Positions 12,030-23,255 of a stretch of DNA of 64,000 bases are shown here, in pieces. The DNA comes from Macrostomum lignano (lineage: Eukaryota), in assembly GCA_002269645.1 (NCBI GenBank), contig NIVC01000001.1:1240001-1304000 (forward strand). The letters run 5' to 3'. A model generated the notes under the pieces. The model was given only the letters and a program-made list of their open reading frames with translations, did no database searches and was not told the DNA's origin. The position numbers and the translations under genes are program-made. Every line of letters begins with the position of its first letter. Within the stretch, counting starts at the first letter, position 1.

Positions 12030-12745
12030 CAGGTGAGGGGGAGGTTGGTGAGAGGGGGAGGCAGGTCAGGGGGAGGCAGGTGAGATATATATAAGACTAA
12101 CGTTTGCAAACGGAATTGCTCCACAAGAAATACTGAAAGCTTTCTATTTAAATTCAAAGATGGTGCGATGAAGGAGGAAAAAGGCTGACAGAAGATGAGA
12201 TTAGGGAGAGGCAAGTCAATTAAGAGGGGGAGATAGGTGAGGAGACAGGTGAGAGGGAGACAGGTGTCAGGGAGGCAGGTAAGAGGGAGGCAGGTGAGGG
12301 GGAGACAGGTGAGGGGGAGGCAGGTGAGAGGGGAGGCAGGTGAGGGGGAGGCAGGTGAGGGGGAGGCAGGTGAGAGGGGAGGCAGGTGAAGAGGAGGCAG
12401 GTGAGGGGGAGGCAGGTGAGGGGGAGGCAGGTGAGGGGGCAGGTGAGGGGGAGGCAAGTGAGGGGGAGGTTGGTGAGAGGGGGAGGCAGGTGAGGGGGAG
12501 GCAGGTGAGGGGGAGGCAGGTGAGGGGGAGGCAGGTGAGGGGGAGACAGGTGAGGGGGAGGCAGGTGAGAGGGGAGGCAGGTGAGGGGGAGGCAGGTGAG
12601 AGGGGAGGCAGGTGAAGAGGAGGCAGGTCAGGGGGAGGCAGGTGAGAGGGGAGGCAGGTGAGAGGGGAGGCAGGTGAGGAGGAGGCAGGTCAGGGGGGGC
12701 AGGTGAGGAGGAGGCAGGTCAGGGGGAGGCAGGTGAGAGGGGAGA
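12030..12745. repeat. 15-16-bp purine-rich minisatellite between paralogues 3 and 2
   Basis: Unit GAGGGGGAGGCAGGT. Confidence 0.95.
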
Positions 12746-12943
12746 GTATAGGAGGGAAGAAAACGAAGTATGAAAGGAAGAGAGGATACCGCGATAGACT
12801 AGAATGGAGATGTAGAACATAGAGTAAAAAGTTAATTGGAGAGATAAGGGAGACGAGAGGGAGATAGTGGACGGATCGGAGAGGAAGTGGAGAGAGCAGA
12901 AATGTGAGCTAACCCCCCAATATTGACTCGGGCAGCTCAGTTT

Positions 12944-15900
12944 CTAGAAGTGGAACCCAGCCGCAGGATTATCAGCAGTGTCAGTCGCAGTCATGTTGGC
13001 TGTAGTTGCGGCATCGCCCCAGCCAACCACAGCCCAGGCCTGCGGACTGTCGGGCGTCGGTCGCTGACTAATCCAGGCCGGGTGTCGCCGAACTCGCTCG
13101 AGCTCGCGCCGCTCCCTAGGATTAGCGATGACTTCGGCAAAGTGCCGATCGAGCATGGCTTTCAACCTGGCTGCCTCGGCTGACTCCCAGGACAGCCGTT
13201 TCACCCGCAGCACCGTGGAGCTGCTGTCGCCTTCATCGGCGGGCACCTCGTCATCCGAGCTGGTGTACTGAAGATCGAGTAGGGCGCGCAACCGGGCCGT
13301 GTCAACGGGGCTGAGGGCGCCGTGAGCCTGCAGATTGTCGTAGCTGCGCTGCCGCTGGCTCAGCTTCTGCGGTTGGGAGGGGGTCACAGCTGCCTTGGCT
13401 ACTGTAGCGGGGGGGGGGGTCACAGCTGCCTTGGCTACTGTAGCGGGGGGGGGTTGCAGCTGTCTTGGCTACTGTAGCGGGGGGGGTCACAGCTGCCTTG
13501 GCTACTGTAGCGGGGGGGGGTCACAGCTGTCTTGGCTACTGTAGCGGGGGGGGGTTGCAGCTGCCTTGGCTACTGTAGCGGGGGGGGTCACAGCTGTCTT
13601 GGCTACTGTAGCGGGGGGATTGCAGCTGCCTTGGCTACTCTAGGGGGTCACAGCTGCCTTGGATACTGTAGGGGGTCACAGCTGCCTTGGCTACTGTAGG
13701 GGGTCACAGCTGACTTGGCTTGTAGGGGGGTCACAGCTGACTTGGCTACTGTACCAGGGGGTCACAGCTGCCTTGGCTACTGTAGCGGGGGGTCACAGCT
13801 GCCTCACCTTGGCAGCTCGGGATGCCCAGCCGTGCCTGGGCTGGTGCTGTCGGCGATAATTTCTACGAAGAATGTCTTTGAACCAGTAGCGCATGAATGT
13901 CTCCACAAGGATGGAGTCTGCAAATAAAATCAGACACACAAGCGGTTGTCCTGGAGTCCGGAATTAAAGTAAAAATTACAAATATGGCTTCTGAGTCTAG
14001 ATATCGATGGTCTTTGGTTTGTTTGGTAGTCTCTTTGGTAGGTCTTTGGTAGCCTCTACTACCCTCACTATTCACCAATGAGCCTCTCTACTACCCCACT
14101 ATTCACCAATGAGCCTCTACTACCCTCACGATTCACCAATGAGCCTCTCTACTACCCCACTATTCACCAATGAGCCTCTACTACCCTCACGATTCACCAA
14201 TGAGCCTCTCTACTACCCCACTATTCACCAATGAGCCTGTCTACCACCCCACTAACAAGTGCGGCTTGGAAAAGGCTGCCCCCACCTTAATCAATGAGCC
14301 TCTACTACCCTCACGATTCACCAATGAGCCTGTCTACTACCCCACTATTCACCAATGAGCCTCTACTACCCTCACGATTCACCAATGAGCCTCTCTACTA
14401 CCCTCACGATTCACCAATGAGCCTCTCTACTACTCCACTATTCACCAATGAGCCTGTCTACTACCCCACTATTCACCAATGGGCATCTCTACTACCCTCA
14501 CGATTCGCCAATGAGCCTCTCTACTACTCCACTATTCACCAATGAGCCTGTCTACTACCCCACTATTCACCAATGGGCATCTCTACTACCCTCACGATTC
14601 GCCAATGAGCCTGTCTACCACCCCACGATTCACTAATAATTGACTACTACTACTAATAATTAATCTATGGCTGTAATAATGAAACAAACATGACGCTCAC
14701 TTTTCCACGACTCAACATCGGGCGGCGGTTGGCTAGTCATTGACACGGCCCGGTTGATAATGGCCTGGGCCGCCTTCAAATTCACTGGGGCAGAGTATCT
14801 GCGGGTGCAGTTAGCGATCTAGCGCTGCTATTACATATAAAAAAGATGCTAGCCTTGTGGTTAAAGCGTCGGACTCACGACTTGAAGGTCGGGGGTTCGA
14901 TTCCCGATCCCAATGGAACGATTTGTGTCCTTGACACCCAGCTATAAAAAATGGGTGCCAGCATAAGCGGGGGAAATTGAGGGTGTGTGTGGCGACCCCC
15001 CCCCCCAGTCCTTAGACTGAAAAGCCGTTCGCAGTCTTCAGTCCAATTGAGTCAATAGCTGCGGCTGAACTGTCAGTTGCACATCTGGCCCAATAAGGCC
15101 GGGTGTAAATCAATTAATTATCAAAAATTATGATTTACAACCTAAACTGAATAATTGGGTTCTGAACTTTTACAGACATGAGACACTTGGAATTCAATAT
15201 TTCAGTGCCGGCAATGGCATCCACATCGAACTCAGTCCAAATTCAGTGCCATGCCTCCTGTACGCCACAGAAAACACCCCTGGCATTTTTAACTCACGAT
15301 TTAGTGAAGTCAAACAGCTCTCCGCATTGCTCTTTGATAGACCGATAGGACCGGCGCAGCAGCTGCTTCCACCTGTCGGACAGGGCGCCACCGCCGCCAG
15401 TGGCTGATGAAGCGGCACCACCGGAAGCGCCGGCGGCGCCAGACACGGAAGCTGTGGAGCTGGTGCCGCCTGCTCCAGTTGACAGCAGCAGCTGACTGTG
15501 GTTGCCAAGGCTAAGAGTGTTGGACTCTGACGCTTCATCCGACCACAGCATCCCTGCCGTGCCGCTGGCTCCGAATTCCTCCCGACTGGCTTCGCAGTCT
15601 GGCACCTCGTCGTCGTCGCCGCCGTTATCTTCAGCCGCTGCAGCACCGGCTTCTTCTTCCTTGATGCCAATGGATAGTATTGATTTTTGCAGGCTATGAC
15701 TTTCAGACTGTTGGTTATTTAACTGGGACTCGGACTGCTTCGGGGGCTTCTGCTGCTCATCTCGCCGACCGTTGCTGCTGCCATTGTTATAGAGTTCGGC
15801 AATCTGCGCCAGCCTCCCAGCCGACGGCTCCATCACTTCAACTAGGCGGCACTGCAGTTGGCAGACAATCTTCTGCGCTAGTATGAGATCAACCAGCTCC

Positions 15901-16010
15901 ATCGACTCTACCAGCATCTGGGCGTTGCTGATTGTGCATTCGAATAGGGCTATTGGCGAGAAGACACTATTCGAGCCTGGTGAGGTGGCAGGTAGACAGG
16001 CTGTGGCCAT
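12944..16010 (-). CDS. Paralogue 3 of the C14orf93-like family. Exons 16010-15298, 14798-14701, 13917-13808, 13366-12944
   Basis: Phases 2, 1, 0 with canonical sites give ...LFDFTKS|YSAPVNLKAAQAIINRAVSMTSQPPPDVESWK|(N)SILVETFMRYWFKDILRRNYRRQHQPRHGWASRAAK|KLSQRQRSYD...QYTSSDDE...VKRLSWES...LD. Confidence 0.85.
13375..13800. repeat. About 33-bp minisatellite filling paralogue 3 intron 3
   Basis: Unit CACAGCTGCCTTGGCTACTGTAGCG(n)GT with a variable G tract. Confidence 0.9.
14050..14635. repeat. 30-31-bp minisatellite in paralogue 3 intron 2
   Basis: Unit TTCACCAATGAGCCTCT(CT)ACTACCC(CACTA/TCACGA). Confidence 0.9.
14850..14970 (+). mobile_element. tRNA-derived SINE fragment in paralogue 3 intron 1
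   Basis: A-box-like TGGTTAAAGCG and B-box GGTTCGATTCCC, followed by GTGTCCTTG...CACCCAGCTATAAAAAATGGGT, a common SINE core-like sequence. The anticodon stem pairs poorly. Confidence 0.65.
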
Positions 16011-18194
16011 TATTGTGAGTAAGTTTGACCACACAGAGATGAAGTCAAAACCAAGAGCCCAAATGGTCTGTACAAAAATAAGGCTGAAATGACAATTACA
16101 CAAAATAATTTAAAATCATTTGAGTAGTGCAACTTCAATTTATGCTATATATGTATATATATGCACTGTAAATCAAAACTTTTATCAAAAAATGACTTTG
16201 TACACATCCCTATTGAAGGTTTGCAGCCAAAGATCTAACTGCACTAGATAGTTCCTGAAGTGTGCTAGACAAGGCCAGTCCTCTTTCTTTGCTTATGTAC
16301 TATTTGCTAGATGCTTAGGCTTAAGCCTTAGTATTATAGCATATAGTAGCATACTAAGCATCATATTAATCTATACTAAGGGCTATCAAATAGGGATATC
16401 ATATATTTTATTCCTTGTTAAAACAAATATTTCTTGATAGATGGGTACTCCACTTTCCTTATTTCAATAGAAAAAACATTATAAGATAATTAAAAAAATT
16501 AAAGTAATATAATAAATTGAAAATAAGACTAAATAACAATATATATACTCTATATATTATATTTTTTATGAAAGTTGCTATTTTTGGAAAAAAATTATCT
16601 ATATCACTGTCAAAACCATATCTAAAAAATTTCAAGCCTTGCCTAATATAAACCAAAAGTCTTAAATGACCAAAATAATAATCTTTTATCTACCTATTAT
16701 TTACAGACACATAAAAAACTAACATTAATACTATGTTTGGCTATGTGATATGTTGGCAAAGTAATGTTTTGAAAAAGTATTGTAGCATTTCAGCAAATTA
16801 AAAAATTGTATACTGTAATATATATAAAAGAACAACTGCTCAACTACAATATTTGTGTTACCCTTCCCTTAGAATTGAAGACTTACAGCAGATGGATTAA
16901 ACAATGCAGATTCAAATTAATACATTGCACTAAACTTTCTAGCTTAAAATGCACAAATTTGAATGCAAATATATGGTTAACCTGGCAGTGTGGCTATCTA
17001 TTTTTGAAAACTACATTTACCTCAAAGCTAGGTTTTTTTTCTTCATCCATAACTTGGATGCGATTTCGCACCCTGTGCTAGATTTCAGGGTGCAATTTTC
17101 AAGACCAGGATACGCTGCACTGCTGCAGACAAAAACTGGTCTAACATAACACTACTCGATGTCCATAACACTAAATTGTGAAATCCGCATCACATCCTTG
17201 CAAAAAATTCTGGTGTGCTTTTTGCACCCTGAGTCAAATTTCAGGGTGCAATTTTTAAGACCAGGATGCTATTTGCACCCATTTGCACAAAAAAAAACCC
17301 AGCCTCAAAGGTAGCAAATAAGAAACAGCTTTACTTTACAAATAAAAAAGATAATTAAAAGTCATAAAGCAGTAAAATTAACAAATAAATAACAAGCCTA
17401 AACTGTATTTTGACAAACTGGAAAAATTAAGTAATGATTTTAACAAAGTCTTAATTGCCACTAAGTAAGTAAAAATTCTCTTATTGCAAGTTCAAAATTA
17501 TTAAAATATGTAATATTATGTCACTGAAATAAAAGTCTTTAAAAATGAATTTGCTAAAACATTACAATACAATAGGCCCTACTTTGCCAAAATATTCTTT
17601 TGACAATATATTGTATAACCATATGATTCACTTTTTGCTTTCTAGTCTATCTCTTGGATTTGTCCTAAGAAGGATTATATTTAATTTAATACAATTTAGG
17701 AACTAAATAAATTAATAAATATTGGTAAGAATAAGAATTAGGTTAGGGCCTAGGTTAAGGAATTTATATTATAAAAGTAAAATAGTGTAGCAACTATAGT
17801 CTTTCGATAATTGCACATTTGCACTCTTACAAAAAACCATAAATACTTAATAATATCATAGTATTATTAGATAATATACTAGCAATCTTTGCCCCCCAGA
17901 TAGGGGACTTCTAGATAGAATCTTTGTTCTTTTCAAATAATAAATAGACAGCGAAATAAAGCCTTCATAAAAAACAACAGACATTCCCTTTAAAAACAAA
18001 ACATCCCAAGACAGCAAGCATCCCCAGACAGCATTCAAGCATCAATCCCCAATTAGCAAGTATCCCCCAGATAGCAAGCATCTCCCAGATAGCAAGCAAC
18101 CCCCTGATAGCAAATATCCCTCCTTAAATAGCAAGCATCCACCAGAGAACAAGTAGCTAGTGCAATAATTTCCTTAGCTTTATAGTGGCTCTAT

Positions 18195-18545
18195 TTTGTT
18201 TGGCATGACACTTCTTTTTATGTTTGAAATGTTGGCTCTTTTATGTTTGACATAGTGGCTCTTCTATGTTTGACATTGTGTCTCTTCTATGTTTGACATG
18301 ATAGCTCTTTAATGTTTGACATGGTGGCTCTTCTATGTTTGACATGGTAGCTTTTTAATGTTTGACATGGAGTCACGTATATGTTTGACATGGTAGCTCT
18401 TTAATGTTTGACATGGTGGCTTTTTAATGTTTGATATGGAGACACGTATATGTTTTACATAGTGTTTCTTTTATGTTTGACATGGTGTCTCTTCTATGTT
18501 TGACATGGTGGCTCTTTTATATTTGACATTGCGCTTCCTTTATGT
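18195..18545. repeat. 23-bp minisatellite
   Basis: Unit TATGTTTGACATGGTGGCTCTT(C/T), degenerate. A separate array of about 18 bp (AGCAAGCATCCCC) lies at about 18000-18155. Confidence 0.85.
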
Positions 18546-18586
18546 TAAATAGCATTTTGCATTTTTAAGGTGTAATATAATAATAA

Positions 18587-19254
18587 GGCAGTGCTTATCC
18601 CCACGGTACCGTAGGAATAATTTCTGTCTTATTCCAACGGTACCGTGCGAATAATTTTCTGCTTATCCGCACGGCACACTGACGAGATAGCTGCCCTATC
18701 TTCTACATATGCCGTGGGAATAATTTTCTGCTTATCCGCACGGCACACTGACGAGATAGCTGCCCTAAACGTCCTCTGTTTTATTCCCTCTGCTTTACTA
18801 GCTGCCCTATCGGTTTTTATCTGCTACATATATATGCTGTGCGTGAATAGTTTATAGCTTATTGAAAGGGAATTTGAACTGAGGATACTAAGAAGCTGTT
18901 GATCTTGATGTATAAACTCGAATCAGTTCTAGACTAGTATATGCATGTGTAAATGCGTGTTATTCTGCTTTACTGATACCCTTCTGTATACTTATTCAAC
19001 AATAATTCAACAAAGTTGTTATACTGCACTCAAATCGTATGTACTAAACTTCCCACACGGCATATGTAGAAGATAGGGCAGCTATCTTGTCAGTGTGCCA
19101 TGCGGATAAGCAGAAAATTATTCGCACGGCATATGTAGAAGATAGGGCAGCTATCTCCTCAGTGTGCCGTGCGGATAAGCAGAAAATTATTCGCACGGTA
19201 CTGTTGGAATAAGACAGAAATTATTCCTACGGTACCGTGGGGATAAGCACTGCC
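18587..19254. mobile_element. 668-bp MITE with long inverted termini, PIF/Harbinger (Tourist)-like
   Basis: TAA|GGCAGTGCTTATCCCCACGGTACCG...CGGTACCGTGGGGATAAGCACTGCC|TAA. The inverted arms are about 190 bp with internal tandem subrepeats, and both flanks carry TAA. Confidence 0.85.
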
Positions 19255-21089
19255 TAATAATAATAATATATTAATATTAATATTTAATTAGACAATAATA
19301 ATATTACTAGCTTTGAAAAATAGTAGATAGTAAAATAGATATAAATACAAGAAAATTAATTAGTAATCAAGACTTTTCATAAATATTAAGAATTCTATCT
19401 TATCTATAAATGTTTATTATTAGTAGTATGACTAGTTTGGATTTTTCGATTTTTATTGAATAATCAAAGTAATAATCCAAGTAACAATTCTAACTCTAAG
19501 CTAGGCCTAGTCTAAGCTATTCAATTGTTTAAATAGTGTTTTTAGCTAAGTAGCTTATTGCCTATATAAAATTGTTCATCACATCTTATCCAACTCCTAC
19601 TCCTAGGTCTATGACTATGGTTATTGCCATAAAATACTAGGCTTATATTAACTAGAGTACAAAAGCCAAAGCAAGGTGTATAGGCCTATAAAGTTAAGAA
19701 TATGGCAATCTTGCAGTTTGTTCTGCATAGCCATAGGGCTCAATTAATTGTAATTAGGCTATTTTTTAGTTTGAATTTAAACAAAAGACTATCATCATAT
19801 TAGATTAACTTGAAAACTTAATGAAAATCAAATCACCTCATAATGTGCATTGCATTACACATGCATGGGTCCGCCATGGGATGGTAGTATGGTAGGGCCT
19901 ACTTGGTATGTCAACGTCCAACAGAATATTCAAGAGCCTCTTTGAAGAGTTTATTTGGCGCAGTTTTGATTTGCTTTACTTATTTATTTACCCTCTCTAA
20001 ATATTCTAATCTAAAGTTACTAATTTAACATTAAGTCATTATTAAACCCTTTGAAACATTAAAAATTCGATTATCGTGAAAAGTAAGACTCTGTATAAAA
20101 TTAATTAATTTGCGTAGTAGTAAGTAAGTTTGGCTCAGGCAAGAAGCCTGTTTGGCCAATATATTTCAGTGTAATTCAAGAGTAGAAGGCAATACTTAAT
20201 GCATAAATTAATTTACGATCAGTACGAGTTTTATAATTGTAATAATATAGTATTTGAAAGAGCGCCTAAATGTTATTTACGAAACTTTGAGTGAGCTTCA
20301 ACGACTAACGAAAAAAAGTAAGGAATTAAGAAAAAAGGACAAGTATTGTGTGAAATTGATGTATGTAGTTGGTGATTTTGAGCAAATCAGTTTAACCCGT
20401 CGGTGATAAAAAAGTATATAGGTATTAATCAGGTAATAAAGAAATTGTATTAAATATGTATTTGAAAGAGCGTATAGGATTTTTTGCGGTTTTTACGGAC
20501 GAACTATACGGACTAACAACAGAACTACAGGTAATTAAGTAGGGAGTTATAAAAACAGGTACCGTATGGCTTTGATGCAAAAAACGGTTCATCCAAAATG
20601 CGATTTAAAATAGGTAATTAAGCATTATTCTGTCAGTGAAAAATATCGAGTATATTAATTGCTCACAATATTTGGCGATTGTAAAAATGTATTATTTGAA
20701 AGCCTGAAAAACTTTTAACTTTAGCAACTTTTAACGTCTAACGACCTAATGGCGATTAAATAGAAAATACAAAAGGTGATTAATGAATGAAATTCTTGCA
20801 AAAGGAATGAGTAGAAGGAATGAGTCATTATTAATTAATAAAGCAAATCGCGGTATTAGTACTTTTCTGCGAATGAATGCGCTAAGGGACCGTACAAGGA
20901 CGCGAATCGTGATGGTGGTGGTGGGAATGAGAAGCGGACTCAGTACTATTCTGCTATACATGTATTAACATGCTATATGTTTCAAGTAAATAATTTTTAC
21001 TGTACATGGCATCGTAAATTTTAGCTACTCCGGAGAGCTCTTTTCTGACTCTTTTCATTTGTGGCATATCCTATTTTATGTCTCTGGGT

Positions 21090-21340
21090 GCAGTGGCGTC
21101 TAGAAGGTATTGAGAAAAATTTTTTCCTAATCTCTAGTGTTTGTGGGCACTCAGTTTATAGGTACATGTAGTGAAGAATATCGGATCCATTTCTTGCTCC
21201 ACATAGTCCACAAGCTTCTTGAGAGAATTCCTTGGGCGTGAGCTCACATTTTAGTTTTATTAGAAGGGTCGTTAGACATTTCCCATATACTAAAAATTTT
21301 GTTTCTAAATAGACTTGGAAAGTAATTCGAGAGGACATTT
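21090..21340 (-). pseudogene. Possible decayed 3' zinc-knuckle of a non-LTR retrotransposon ORF2
   Basis: CGLCGARNGSDILHY(MYL*)TECPQTLEIRKK resembles the CxxC...H....C motif at the end of LINE ORF2. It is interrupted by a stop. Confidence 0.3.
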
Positions 21341-22689
21341 CTGCAGATTTTTTTGTATAGGTAAGCGTTTTTGTAGTTTTTAATGTTGCTGGTTGTCTAG
21401 CTAGCTTTCGGCTTAGTTCTCTTTCTCTACATGTGCAGGTGTTTTTTCACTAGAAATTTCTCATTGTTATAAAGCTTAATTGGGGGGTTTTATCTTTGTG
21501 TCTCGAGGTCTATACTTTTCAGTTTCTTTTGAACATTCGTTACCCAAGGGTTGCTTTGGCTGGTATTTGAGTGAAAATTAATTTACAAGTGTTTTGTTGG
21601 ACAGAGTTTTTTGTGTCTGATTTTTAGCCAGTAGATAAAGTAGGTTTTTGCGATCTGTTGAGAGATATGGGATGAGCTCGAGTTCGGATGATTACATGTA
21701 CACTGTTGCTTGCACATTTTGGTAGGTTGAGAAGGTATTTGTAGAAGTTTATAGTTGGTTGCTATCGATAGCATTTGTGTCAGAAAGGGTAGCCAGAGGT
21801 CCCCAAAGTTCACAATACATTTACTGCGTATAGCGTGCTGCTATACATTTGAATATTTGAATATTACAAGACAAAGTAAAACGTTAGAACAAAGTTTATC
21901 ATTTTAAATTTATTACACTTTCATAATGAACTTGAAAAAAGTGCAAACAGACAAAAAAATTATATTTAATTTACATAACAATTTATACTTACTATATAGC
22001 TTTGCTCTTAACTATATTGTCTGACTCAACTCCGACATAGGCGACAACCATTCTGGAGCCAGAATCATCCCAGAAAAAAAGCAGTACCAGGCCCAGCGGA
22101 GCCGAGGGGCAGGTGGGATAACTTGACTGTGACAGCTTTACACGACCCCCAATGTCCACAAGCTTTCCCCGCAGCTGTTACATACATGTGATCCCAATAA
22201 TTTATCATTTCTCTCTACTGTGCCCCCACCCTAATTTTTGTCCAATCACAACGCGGCTGGCGGTTGACGTCATTGGGGGGGGGTTGGATACGGAGGTCCA
22301 AAGGAGAGGTCTTCAGCCCTCAACCACACATCACTCTATAGCTATTAGGAGCAGCTGTTTTGAGTCTGATCGGAAAATTTTACCTCCTTTATCCTTTACA
22401 CTTTGCTTGCTGTTCTCTGCGCTTCGTTCGGTCCCTTGTGTCGTTGATTTCTCTCAAGCAAGACTCACCTTCCCTTAGAAACTCAGCACCCAAATGACCG
22501 CGGGCAACTCTCAATTCCCACCTTTTCTCTGGGTGTGCTTTCACAATTTCAAAATCTCACAACATCTATTAAAACTCTATTAGCCTGCATGGTCTCCTCC
22601 CCCATTTTGCTCACTATTTCCAAGCTAATATTCTGTCAACCTATTCCGCTTTAATAATACATGTAAACCGAACTGTTAAGGCCAATAGG

Positions 22690-23255
22690 AGGGCCAGCAT
22701 GCAATTCAGGGCATTAGCTACATGTACATGCATGTATTCAACTCGTTCTGTTTACTTACATGTGTATTTATCATGAGTTGTGGTATGAAGTGAGTAGTGA
22801 GTGCGCGTGTCGCAGAGCATGGACTAGGAAGCTGAGAATCAGAGTGGAAGATCACCGAGTATGAACCGAATTTAACCAAATGATCATTTAACTCAATGAA
22901 TTTAACTCGTAGCAGTAACAATACTTCTAAAATAAGTCCCGTAGGATGTGCACCATGAGAGAGCTCTGGGACCTGCACTTCCGGCCATCCCATGCCGTAT
23001 CAAACTTATCTAAGAGGAAAGACGTTAAGATGGCGCTATCCATTATCTACCCTGGGATCCTGGGGCTTAGGAGCTGGGAATTGTAGCCTAGAACCGCTCA
23101 CCAGCTAAAATATCCCCCCTATGCAAAAGTCCTCGTTTCCAGCACTGACTGGAATGTCCTTGTTTGCCCAGAGTCCCTTAATCGGCCATTTCAATTACAG
23201 TTGGGGTCAAGAACATTAGTCTACTCCAGACCGGGAGTGTACTTCTACCCAGGTG
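22690..23255. repeat. Dispersed repeat, inverted diverged copy of about 43550-44070
   Basis: Shared blocks, e.g. CAGAGTGGAAGATCACCGAGTATGAACCGAATTTAACCAAATGATC here and its reverse complement at about 43890-43935. Also CGTTTCCAGCACTGACTGGA versus CCAGTCAGTGCTGGAAACG. Confidence 0.85.

Noticed and set aside
14850-14925. Possible tRNA gene
   Set aside because: The anticodon stem is mismatched, and there is no clear acceptor stem or terminator. It continues into a SINE-type core.
22280-22325. Other CTGA(A/T)GA cores as possible hammerheads (also about 49680)
   Set aside because: No stem II followed by GAAA and a cleavage triplet.
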